Shown here: piece after piece, positions 56,233-64,000 of the stretch
Position numbering within the stretch: the first letter of the stretch is position 1
Layout: every line of letters begins with the position of its first letter
NCBI GenBank assembly: GCA_013822245.1
Contig: PNKE01000055.1
Location: 597-64,596 of the forward strand
Reading direction: 5' to 3'
From: Candidatus Solibacter sp.
GTDB taxonomy: Bacteria > Acidobacteriota > Terriglobia > Bryobacterales > Bryobacteraceae
DNA length: 64,000 nt
Notes under the pieces: generated by a model
Seen by the model: only the letters and a program-made list of their open reading frames with translations
Told to the model about the DNA's origin: nothing
Database searches by the model: none
Made by a program: the position numbers and the translations under genes

Positions 56233-56526
56233 TCAACTGGGGCCGTTGCAGGGGATGTCCCCCGTGGCGGTGCCGGCCACCAGTGCTATCCCGAACGCCA
56301 GCAGCCCGAACACCGCGCTCCTCCAGCCCGCGGTCTTCCAACGCTCGCCGAGCATCATCACCACCGCTGCGGCAGCCAGCGCCACCCCGCCCGCCAGAAT
56401 GGCCAGCAGGTAACCTTGAAAGCCCGGCGCGAGATCCCCCCAACGGGCGAGGCTTTTGACCGCGCCTCTGATGGGGATGAACGACATCGCCGCGAAGAAC
56501 AAGCCGAGCAGTAGACGCACCAGCAA
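56233..56526 (-). CDS. Small hypothetical membrane protein (~97 aa, 3 TM)
   Basis: TTG start 6-7 nt after GGGGGGAGGAGG. Hydrophobic segments LLVRLLLGLFFAAMSF, YLLAILAGGVALAAAAVVMML, AVFGLLAFGIALVAG. Confidence 0.4.
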   Translation of the reverse strand: MLVRLLLGLFFAAMSFIPIRGAVKSLARWGDLAPGFQGYLLAILAGGVALAAAAVVMMLGERWKTAGWRSAVFGLLAFGIALVAGTATGDIPCNGPS

Positions 56527-56671
56527 CGCAAACCTCCTCCCCCCGAATCCACCCTCTTGGCTTCGGGCTGCGGCCAGTATACAATGACTGGCTATTCCAT
56601 GGCTCCTCCGTGGTCTCTCCCCTCCTGACAGCCCTAAAGCGATAGCCCTCGGGCGTCGATGGATAGATGTG

Positions 56672-57604
56672 ATGAAATCCGCCATTGCCGTCCTGTTTGC
56701 CTTGCCGATCGCCCTCTGGGGCCAGTCCGAAAGCCGGACCTATGTCTTTGATTTGGAAGGCCGGCGCGTGCCCTGGTCCGCCTCAAGTTCGGCGGCCGGG
56801 GCGGCCAGCGCCAGCGTCGAGAACCTCAACGGCCGCAAGGCGCCGCTGGAAAGCGTCGAGGAACGCCTCATCAGCCAGCAGGGCGGGGTGAAGACGGTGG
56901 AGCGGCTCATCCAGCGCTTCTCGGGCGACGGATCGAAGCTGCCGCTGGAGCGTGAAGTCATTGAAACCACGGATCTTGGCAGTGGCCGCCAGACGCTATC
57001 GAAGACGGTCTACCGCGGCGACTTCAACGGCCGCATGGCGCTCGCCGAGCGCGTCGTCGAACAGACCGAACCAGCCGGTTCCTCCGCCGTCGCCGTTACC
57101 ACCCTCATCGACCGGCCTACCATCAGCGGCACGTTTCAAACCATCGAGAGGCGGGAGGCGAGGATCACCACGGGCCAGGACCGCTCCGAACGCGACGAGA
57201 CCAGTTACCTGCCTGACGCCAACGGCCGGTTTGCCGAGGCGTCCAGGGTGGTCGAGCGCGTGTCGAAAACCGGCGGTCAAACGGTGAAGCAGGTCGACGA
57301 GTTCGAATCGGCCACCACCGGGCGGCTGTCGCTCTCGAAACAGGTGGTTTCCACCACCACCGTAACCGCCGCCGGCGAGGTGACCGTCTCCGATGTCTAC
57401 GGCACGGCGGCCCCGGGCCGTCCGGCCACCGGGCAGTTGCAGATCCGCGAGCGCCAGGTGGTGGAAAAGACCATCGGCGCGGCTGGCATCACGGAAACCC
57501 TCTCCATCCAGCGCCCCGCCGCCGACGGCAGCGGCCGTCTGGGCGAGTTGCGTAAGGTCGCCGAAACCGTCTGCACCGGCAGGTGCGCACCGGCGAAACC
57601 TTAA
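56672..57604 (+). CDS. Exported hypothetical protein
   Basis: Signal peptide MKSAIAVLFALPIALWGQS. Internally repetitive Thr/Val/Glu-rich sequence. No family recognised. Confidence 0.55.
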   Translation: MKSAIAVLFALPIALWGQSESRTYVFDLEGRRVPWSASSSAAGAASASVENLNGRKAPLESVEERLISQQGGVKTVERLIQRFSGDGSKLPLEREVIETTDLGSGRQTLSKTVYRGDFNGRMALAERVVEQTEPAGSSAVAVTTLIDRPTISGTFQTIERREARITTGQDRSERDETSYLPDANGRFAEASRVVERVSKTGGQTVKQVDEFESATTGRLSLSKQVVSTTTVTAAGEVTVSDVYGTAAPGRPATGQLQIRERQVVEKTIGAAGITETLSIQRPAADGSGRLGELRKVAETVCTGRCAPAKP

Positions 57605-57700
57605 GCGCGCACAGGCCCGGCGGCGGCCGCCAATGCATAGAGGAACACGCCACCGAAGGCTCCCGCCGCCGCTTCTCCGCCGCCTCACCGTCCGCTTTCT

Positions 57701-57724
57701 GGAGAATCCTACGTGGAATTCTCC
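57701..57724. promoter_or_regulatory. 24-nt near-palindrome GGAGAATCCTACGTGGAATTCTCC (site 1)
   Basis: Centred on ACGT and contains GAATTC. A related site lies 90 nt downstream. Confidence 0.4.
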
Positions 57725-57790
57725 GCGCCCCGCCCGTCCCCCATCCGCCCGCCTCCATGACGCCGGATCAATCCGCACCGATTCGTATCC

Positions 57791-57814
57791 GTGGAATTCC
57801 ACGTAGAATTCTAC
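57791..57814. promoter_or_regulatory. 24-nt near-palindrome GTGGAATTCCACGTAGAATTCTAC (site 2)
   Basis: Same GAATyCyACGTrGAATTC core as site 1. Lies upstream of the yihY-like gene. Confidence 0.4.
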
Positions 57815-58077
57815 ACATCACCCCACCCCCGCCAGAGCCTCCGCATCCTCCGGCGCCCCGCCTCCTTTGATCTACACAATTCCTATCGACTTTTTCTTGT
57901 CTTCTCAAGTTGTAGATAACAAACCATTTAGCTTAAACTTTCGAGCTTGGGAGTTCGTTTGGTCGCCCTCCGGCGGCCCCGGCCGTCCCGCCCCTCCCGC
58001 CTCTTGACGGCGCCGCGTCTCGCCTCCCCGCATCCCGGCCTCGCTTGTCGAAGACGCCTCGAGTGCGCCAAGATCGT

Positions 58078-58956
58078 ATGGACGTGCGGCACTGGAAGAG
58101 ATGGCTGGTCTGTTTTCGCAGGGCCTCGTGGGGGACCTATAAGCACGGCGGCCTGGGCTACGCCAAAGGCGCGGCCTACTCCGCCCTGCTCGCCTTTTTC
58201 CCCATCCTGACCACCGTCACCACGCTGCTGATCCAGGCCAACGCGGCGGCCGTCTCCCGCCGTATCGTCGCCTTCGTCTTCCAGGCCGCGCCGCCGGGCA
58301 TCGAGGACCTGATCCGCTACCAGATGGCCGAGCGCGGCGCCAAACCGCTGACGCTGCCGCTGATCGCCGGCCTGCTGTCGATCTGGGCGGCGTCGGGCGT
58401 CACCAGCAGCCTGTTGGACGCCTTCCAGGCCGCCTACGGCAGGCCCCACGGCCGCGGCACGGTCCGCCAGCGCCTCGTCGCCATCTGGCTTGTCGTCGCC
58501 GCCATCCTGCCCGTGGTCGGCGTCAGCGCCATGATGCTGCTCGGCGTCAAGGCCGAAACCTGGCTGTTCCAGCAGCTCGGCTTCCTCGACACTGGAGAGA
58601 CCCTGCGCGGCGGCATCCGCGTGCTGAGCTATTCGGTCAACGTGCTGCTCGGCTTCGTCGCCATGGTGGCCGCGGCCGGCATGCTTTACTTCTTCGGACC
58701 CGCCGGGCCGAAGGGACGCAAAATCTGGCCCGGCGCCTGGCTGGCGGCCTCATTGTGGCTGCTGTTGACCATCCTGTTCACCTGGTATGTCCGCAACATC
58801 GCCGATTACAACGTGCTTTATGGTTCCATCGGCGCCGTCATCGCTCTCATGGTCTGGCTGTGGCTGCTCAGCCTGGCCGCCATGGTGGGCTGCGAATTCA
58901 ACGCCCATCTCGACGGCCACAGGTTCCACGCCTCCAGGCCCCGCGCCGCCCGGTGA
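58078..58956 (+). CDS. YihY/BrkB family membrane protein
   Basis: I chose the ATG at 58078 (the track start at 58045 is TTG). GYAKGAAYSALLAFFPIL and the multi-TM layout are typical of the family. Confidence 0.8.
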   Translation: MDVRHWKRWLVCFRRASWGTYKHGGLGYAKGAAYSALLAFFPILTTVTTLLIQANAAAVSRRIVAFVFQAAPPGIEDLIRYQMAERGAKPLTLPLIAGLLSIWAASGVTSSLLDAFQAAYGRPHGRGTVRQRLVAIWLVVAAILPVVGVSAMMLLGVKAETWLFQQLGFLDTGETLRGGIRVLSYSVNVLLGFVAMVAAAGMLYFFGPAGPKGRKIWPGAWLAASLWLLLTILFTWYVRNIADYNVLYGSIGAVIALMVWLWLLSLAAMVGCEFNAHLDGHRFHASRPRAAR

Positions 58957-59074
58957 TGGATTGCGGCCCGTTTTCACGCTAACCATGACGCAACGCCTGC
59001 CTTGCCGGGAGTGTCAATTTGTTGCGTGACCCGGCGCGGGCTTTGGTGCAAAATGGGGGACAGCACGATTTAAG

Positions 59075-60241
59075 ATGCCGCCAGCAGCCAGACTCACCGA
59101 TCCAGTCGCTCACCCGCTGCCGCCCGTGCTTACCGGCGGTCCCGGCAGCCCCAACACCATCATCGCCATGTTGCCCGCCTGGCGCGGCATCCCGGCCGCC
59201 GTGGCCTCCGCCCTGAACGCCATGAAGAAGGTGGCCGACACCACGATCAAGACGGCCGAGGCGGCTACCCTGGCTGCCGCCGGCACGCCCGGCGCGCCCG
59301 CCGCCAAGGCGGCCGAGGAAACCGTGAAAGCGACTGTCGCCGCCTCCATGGGCTCGGCCATCTCCGCCATGGCCGGCGGCATGGCCGACATCCATATGTG
59401 CACCACGCCGCTGCCCATCCCGCCCCACGGCCCCGGCCTGGTCATCGACGGCAGCCCGACGGTTCTGATCAACAACATGCCCGCCTGCCGCCAGGGCGAC
59501 ACCATCATCGAGGCCGTCGGCCCCCCCAACAAGATCACCATGGGCTGCCCCACCGTACTCGTCGGCAACAGCGGTTCGGGCGGAGGAGGCGGCGCCGGCG
59601 GCGCCGGTGCCGCGGGCGCCGCGGCTGGAGCCGGAGCTGGCGCCGCGGCTGCTGCCCCCCCAGCGGCGAATATCGCCGGCATGGATGTCATGGTCCAGCC
59701 CAACGGCGACATCCTGGTCGGCAAGTCGATCACCATCACCGGCGACATGGAATTCAAGATGAAAACCCTGTTCTCGCTCGGCCAGATCGCCTCCACCCCC
59801 ACCGGCGAAAAACTGCTCAAGGAACTCGGCAACGGCGACAAGCCCGTCAAAATCCAGAAAACCACGGGCGGCAACTCCTGCGCCTACCCGGCCGCCGGGG
59901 AGAAAAAAGCCGACGGCACGCCTGGGCCTGGCTCCGGCTCCACCGTCAACTACAACCCCGACAAGAAAAGCCTCGGGCCCGCGGATTGGCAAACCCGTCC
60001 TCCGGCCATCGCTCTTGCCCACGAACTGATCCATTCCACGCAGGCCGCCAAGGGTACCTTGAGCAACGACAAGGCTGACAACGACAACAAGCCCGACCCC
60101 ACCGATCCGGCAAAAAAGGCCCAGACCTACATCGACGAACTCGAAACCGTCGGCATTCCGCCCCGTGACGGCGGACCATACACCGAGAACAAGATCCGCA
60201 AGGAGTGGCCGCCGCCTCAGCCCGAGCGCCCGTGGTACTGA
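59075..60241 (+). CDS. PAAR-domain polymorphic toxin with Gly/Ala linker and C-terminal HExxH zinc-metallopeptidase-like domain (NleD/M91-like)
   Basis: MPPAARLTDPVAH (literal PAAR, fits AARxxDxxxH), LPAWRG, MPACRQGD, GSPTVLINN, GCPTVLVG. Linker residues ~165-200. HELIH at nt 60020-60034, followed by ELETVGI...TENKIRKE. Confidence 0.75.
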   Translation: MPPAARLTDPVAHPLPPVLTGGPGSPNTIIAMLPAWRGIPAAVASALNAMKKVADTTIKTAEAATLAAAGTPGAPAAKAAEETVKATVAASMGSAISAMAGGMADIHMCTTPLPIPPHGPGLVIDGSPTVLINNMPACRQGDTIIEAVGPPNKITMGCPTVLVGNSGSGGGGGAGGAGAAGAAAGAGAGAAAAAPPAANIAGMDVMVQPNGDILVGKSITITGDMEFKMKTLFSLGQIASTPTGEKLLKELGNGDKPVKIQKTTGGNSCAYPAAGEKKADGTPGPGSGSTVNYNPDKKSLGPADWQTRPPAIALAHELIHSTQAAKGTLSNDKADNDNKPDPTDPAKKAQTYIDELETVGIPPRDGGPYTENKIRKEWPPPQPERPWY

Positions 60242-60250
60242 TGCAATACC

Positions 60251-60904
60251 ATGCTGAACAATGGAGTCTCCGCCTTGGTCCTGCTGGCGTTCGCGGCGCC
60301 GTGTTGCCAGACTAGCGAAAGGAAACTGCCTGAGATGTCGACGATGCAGAATGCCCAGCCGCCCGGAACCCTGTCGGCCACGGCCCAGGACTGCGACCTC
60401 CGCGTCGCCATCCAGGCCTCGCCCACGTCGCTGCTTCTGGGCTACGAGTTTCGCAACCGCTCGAACAGGACCGCCTTCCTGTTCAATGTCGTCCACAAGA
60501 CGGGCCCGTCAGGCGGACCCGAACCGGACCCGAACCTGGTCTATGTCGAGCCCTCCGGCGGCTCCATCATCCTCGGCAAGAAGATCATTCCGGCGCCTCG
60601 CGGCATGAGGGTGGAAAAGCCCGACGTCCCCTACGTCACCAGGGTCGAACCCGGACAGGCCGTCGTCGAGAAGCTCGACCTCATGCTGCCGTTGAGGATC
60701 TTCACCCCCTACGACCAGCCCGCGCCATCCGCGCTTGCCGAAGCCGCCGTCTACTTTGAACTCGGCTTCTTCCTCGCCCCCGATCCCTCGGTTGCTGAAG
60801 CCGCCGGCGGCTACCTGATCGTCGATCCCTTCCCGGCCGAAAAGCAGATCATCCTCCGTGCCGGGCCCCTCGGCCGCTTCCCCGTCCAGCCGGCGCAGAA
60901 GTAA
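60251..60904 (+). CDS. Exported hypothetical protein, candidate cognate immunity protein
   Basis: Starts 9 nt after the toxin stop. Hydrophobic leader VSALVLLAFAAPCC. No family recognised. The assignment rests on gene position only. Confidence 0.45.
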   Translation: MLNNGVSALVLLAFAAPCCQTSERKLPEMSTMQNAQPPGTLSATAQDCDLRVAIQASPTSLLLGYEFRNRSNRTAFLFNVVHKTGPSGGPEPDPNLVYVEPSGGSIILGKKIIPAPRGMRVEKPDVPYVTRVEPGQAVVEKLDLMLPLRIFTPYDQPAPSALAEAAVYFELGFFLAPDPSVAEAAGGYLIVDPFPAEKQIILRAGPLGRFPVQPAQK

Positions 60905-60956
60905 CCGCGGCTCCGATATACTGGCTGGCCTGAGATCAGTCGCGACAGGAGTCTCC

Positions 60957-61850
60957 ATGTCTATCCCATTCACCCGCCGCGGATTCGTCGCCGCATCGCT
61001 CACCGCCCCCGCCGCCGCAATCGCCGCGCCGCGCATTCCCGCCGCCCGCGTTCCAGGCACGGGCATCCGCCTGGCCCTCAACGCCTACTCGTTCAACCAG
61101 CCGCTGCGCGACAAGTCGATCGACTGGAACGGCGTCGTCGACTACTGCGCCCGCCACGGCATCCAGGGCCTCGACGCCACCGGCTATTACTTCGACGGCT
61201 ACCCCAAAGCTCCCTCGCCCGCCGTCATCCATGCCCTCAAGCGCCGCGCGTTCCTCAACGGCGTCACCATCTGCGGCGCCGGCGTCCGCAACGACTTTGC
61301 CGTCACGGACCCCGCCGCCCGCGCCCGCGACATCGCCATGGTGAAACAGTGGATCGAGGCCGCATCGCTCATGGGCGCCGGCGTCATCCGCGTCTTCACC
61401 GGCCAGAAAGTCGCCGCGGGCACAACGTTCGACAAGACCCTCGATTGGATGATCCCCGCCTTCCAGGAGTGCGCCGAACACGGCGCCCGCCACGGCGTCA
61501 TCGTCGGCCTCCAGAACCACCACGACTTCGCCAAAACCGCCGCCGAAACCATCCGCATCGTCGAAGCGGTGAACTCAGACTGGTTCGGCGTCATCCTCGA
61601 CGTCGGCAGCCTCCGCATGGCCGACGCCTATGAGGAGATCGAAAAACTCCTCCCATACGCCGTCTCCTGGCAGCTCAAGGAATCGGTCTGGTACGGGGCC
61701 AAGGAAGTCCCGACAGACCTCAAGCGCGTCAAGGCGATCATCGACAAGGGCGGCTACCGCGGCGTGCTGCCCATCGAAACCCTCGGCGCCGGCGACCCGC
61801 GGGAAAAAGTGGCCCGGTTCCTCGAAAGGGTCCGCGCCGTCTTCGGCTGA
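60957..61850 (+). CDS. Sugar phosphate isomerase/epimerase (xylose isomerase-like TIM barrel) with twin-arginine signal
   Basis: Internal ATG after AGGAG. FTRRGFVAASLTAPAAAIA leader. The pattern GAGVIRVF ... GLQNHHDF ... DVGS ... LPIE is typical of the family. Confidence 0.8.
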   Translation: MSIPFTRRGFVAASLTAPAAAIAAPRIPAARVPGTGIRLALNAYSFNQPLRDKSIDWNGVVDYCARHGIQGLDATGYYFDGYPKAPSPAVIHALKRRAFLNGVTICGAGVRNDFAVTDPAARARDIAMVKQWIEAASLMGAGVIRVFTGQKVAAGTTFDKTLDWMIPAFQECAEHGARHGVIVGLQNHHDFAKTAAETIRIVEAVNSDWFGVILDVGSLRMADAYEEIEKLLPYAVSWQLKESVWYGAKEVPTDLKRVKAIIDKGGYRGVLPIETLGAGDPREKVARFLERVRAVFG

Positions 61851-63482
61851 TTACTGGCCCCGCTCGCACTCCACGGGCGCGCTGGCGTTGCCCGATGAAT
61901 CCACGGCCACCACCCGCCACCTGATGCCCGGCTTGCGGTGCGAGTCTTCATCGACAAACTCCGCCGTCGCCGTCGACCCGGCGCGCTCGTCGCCATGGAA
62001 CACGCGGTAGTAGATCACATCCTTCGACGCACTCGGCTTCCACGTCACCCGCTGCGCCCAGGCGAACGCGCCCGGGATCTTCGTGCTGTGGAAACGCTCG
62101 GCCTTGAGTTCCGTCACCGGCGCCGGCGCTTCGTCTTCATAGGCCGTCGTGTAGATGGTCAGCGACAGCGGCTTCACCTTGTCCTTCAGCGCCTTCACCG
62201 TGCCCGACGGGCCGGGCAGGTCGCCGTCCTCGGTCTTCGGCGGCGCCGCCACCAGGTATTCGTACTTCCGCCACGGCTTATCGGCCTTGCCGGGCAGCGC
62301 CACCGAAACCGCCGTCTCCTTCTCGTTGCGGTTGATGATGGCGACAGACCACGTCCCCGCCTCATGCCGCACGGCCGCCGCCCGCACCTTCGGGTCGGTC
62401 GTCGCCACCTCCATCACCTTCGCCGGCCCCCGGAAATACTTCGTCAACAGCCCGTACGGGTAGTACATCGTCCTCAGCTCGCCGCCGTTCTTGAGCGACT
62501 TGAACAGCCCCCATTGATTGATCCTCGTCGACTGCTCGTTGTCCGGATAGTCCATGAACGTCCAGTAGCCCATCGCCCTCACGCCGCCGTTCATCGCCGC
62601 CAGCACCGCCTCTGCCAGTTGCAGCCCGGCCAGCGGTTCGCGCGCCGTGCCGTAGTAGCGGCAGGTGTCCCAGCGCACGCCGTACTTGTTCTGGATGAAC
62701 TGCGCCGGACCGAATTCGCCCAGGATGAACTCCTTGCCCTTGGCCTTGGCGATGCCCACGCCCCAGGCGTTCTTCTCGCGGAACCAGTCGTAGAACGTCA
62801 GGTCCTCGGGCGGATGCTGGTTGGCGTAGTGGTGGCCGCCGTAGACGCCGGTGACGTCATCCATATTGGCCGCCGCCCATTCGATCGTGTTCCAGTTGCT
62901 GATGGGCGATGCATCGGTTGCCAGCAGATCGACCTTCAGGCCGCGGCGCTTCAGTTCGGCGTGGATCAGCCGGTGGTAGTCCTTGAACTTGTCCAGGTCC
63001 TTGAGCATCGCCGCCCACGCGCCCATCGTCAGCTCGTTCGACATGCAGTAGGTGGTCATGTTCGTCGCGCCGCCCTTGATGATGTACTCAAGCTCATCGG
63101 CCACGGCCCGCGCATAGGCCTCGCGCCCGGCGCCCGGCTTGATGTCCTTCGGCGCGCCGGTGGTGAAATAGACCTCCGTGCCGGTGGCCTCTTTCAGAAA
63201 CAGGAACTGCTTCAAATAGCCGTCCAGCGCCGCCTGGTCGCGCGCGGCGGCAGGACCCGGCGCCCAGCGGTGGAACACCCGCGCGAAGCCCGGATTCAAC
63301 TCCTTCCAGCGTTTGGCGACAACCTGGTCGAAGAACTCCGGCGTGATCGTCGTCATGAAGAACTCGGCGTGAAAGCCGACCCCCGTGAACCGCGGCGTGA
63401 CCACCTTGTCCGAGACCTTCACCTGAACCTGGCCCGCCGCCTGCACGGCGACGAAAACCATGAGCATGATTATGCGCTTCAT
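61851..63482 (-). CDS. Exported clan GH-A-like glycoside hydrolase with C-terminal Fn3/Ig-like domain
   Basis: Internal ATG (MKRIIMLMVFVAVQAAG signal). Candidate acid/base MSNELT and nucleophile LGEFG motifs. The C-terminal beta-rich segment WKPSASKDVIYYRVF...VVAVDSSGNAS follows. Confidence 0.55.
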   Translation of the reverse strand: MKRIIMLMVFVAVQAAGQVQVKVSDKVVTPRFTGVGFHAEFFMTTITPEFFDQVVAKRWKELNPGFARVFHRWAPGPAAARDQAALDGYLKQFLFLKEATGTEVYFTTGAPKDIKPGAGREAYARAVADELEYIIKGGATNMTTYCMSNELTMGAWAAMLKDLDKFKDYHRLIHAELKRRGLKVDLLATDASPISNWNTIEWAAANMDDVTGVYGGHHYANQHPPEDLTFYDWFREKNAWGVGIAKAKGKEFILGEFGPAQFIQNKYGVRWDTCRYYGTAREPLAGLQLAEAVLAAMNGGVRAMGYWTFMDYPDNEQSTRINQWGLFKSLKNGGELRTMYYPYGLLTKYFRGPAKVMEVATTDPKVRAAAVRHEAGTWSVAIINRNEKETAVSVALPGKADKPWRKYEYLVAAPPKTEDGDLPGPSGTVKALKDKVKPLSLTIYTTAYEDEAPAPVTELKAERFHSTKIPGAFAWAQRVTWKPSASKDVIYYRVFHGDERAGSTATAEFVDEDSHRKPGIRWRVVAVDSSGNASAPVECERGQ

Positions 63483-63717
63483 ATTGGAACCCGCAGTTAT
63501 CATATGCCCGCGCCGCGCCGAATGCTTGGGCAACCCGATTTCAGGCGTGGACCGGGACCATCCATCCCCGGAGCAGGTTCGCGCCGGGGCTACGCCTCGT
63601 GGACCGCCGCGGCGAGTGAACAAGAGCCCGATAGCCGGCGGCGGCCCCCGGATGCAGGTCCGGCGGCGCAAGGCCATCCTTCCAAGGCGGCATCTCGGGC
63701 CGCGGCCGGAGGGCGCG

Positions 63718-64000
63718 TCAGATGATGCGCAGCGCCCCGCCGATCGAGATCTGGCGTTCGCGGGTGAACGTGAGCGGCGTGGTGACGCCCTCGCCCGTCG
63801 GGGTGGCGATGCTGAAGCTCAGATAGCCGGCGCCGCCGAGTCCGAGAGCGGCCGGGCAGGCGGCGTTGTGGACGAACAGCGTTGTGTTCATTGCCCTCGC
63901 CATCTTGGTGACGGTGTCGACATTGCGCGAGTGGATCAGCGCCGTGTGGCGGTATCCGTGCTCCGCCTTGATCGATGCCGCAATCCCGGCGTCGGCGTCG
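63718..64000 (-). CDS. Aldehyde dehydrogenase family protein, acetylating EutE/PduP-like (C-terminal part; 5' end outside window)
   Basis: The frame stays open to the window edge. ...[65 protein letters not shown] matches the C-terminus of CoA-acylating aldehyde dehydrogenases. Confidence 0.7.
   Translation of the reverse strand, partial: DADAGIAASIKAEHGYRHTALIHSRNVDTVTKMARAMNTTLFVHNAACPAALGLGGAGYLSFSIATPTGEGVTTPLTFTRERQISIGGALRII

Noticed and set aside
59567-59674. Highly repetitive GGC/GCC-rich tract that superficially looks like a tandem DNA repeat
   Set aside because: It is in frame within the PAAR toxin gene and encodes a Gly/Ala linker (GSGGGGGAGGAGAAGAAAGAGAGAAAAA). It has no spacer-repeat periodicity, so it is neither a CRISPR array nor a VNTR that I can define.
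1-64000. Search for tRNA, rRNA, CRISPR arrays, intact IS elements, integrases and T6SS structural genes (hcp, vgrG, tssB/C)
   Set aside because: I found no cloverleaf-type T-arm or anticodon-arm sequences in the few long intergenic gaps. I also found no repeat-spacer periodicity, no DDE or tyrosine-recombinase motifs, and no ORF with Hcp/VgrG/TssBC-like sequence. This was a reading by eye, so tRNAscan-SE, Infernal and hmmsearch should confirm it.

Overview
High-GC (by eye mid-60s %) bacterial chromosomal window. It contains no rRNA, tRNA, CRISPR array or intact transposase that I can support. The gene content (PEP-CTERM proteins, many Tat/Sec-exported glycoside-hydrolase-like proteins, a Ser/Thr kinase with TPR repeats) suggests an Acidobacteriota-like soil organism, but this is inference only. 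Most of the window is core metabolism. It starts with a co-directional housekeeping string: msbA-like ABC exporter, yicC, gmk, rpoZ, coaBC, family-4 UDG, tmk, holB. This is followed by a small cheY-cheX-cheW operon, dehydrogenases, a two-subunit molybdopterin oxidoreductase, a chemoreceptor with a CxxCH sensor domain, fabD, an RND pump, permeases, miaB and several exported hydrolase-like proteins. Two accessory parts stand out. (1) Coordinates 10.1-13.7 kb hold a decayed toxin-antitoxin/defence-type island: two tandem 28-aa hydrophobic peptide genes, a truncated hydrolase gene, a mazF-like pseudogene, an intact higBA module flanked by ~117-nt direct repeats of the mazF 3' end, and a clearly AT-richer insert carrying two orphan genes with sigma70-like promoters. 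(2) Coordinates 59.1-60.9 kb hold an orphan PAAR-domain polymorphic toxin with a C-terminal HExxH metallopeptidase-like domain, followed 9 nt later by an exported candidate immunity gene, with no secretion-apparatus genes in view. I rank this second locus as the best candidate for an undescribed system. Other observations: a 74-bp perfect repeat of a gene 3' end bracketing a PEP-CTERM cassette; GH29 and hydrolase pseudogenes; paired GAATTC-containing palindromes; and an amidohydrolase that has lost its catalytic barrel. Many long ORFs in the track are antisense or alternate-frame artefacts of the high GC content and are not called.
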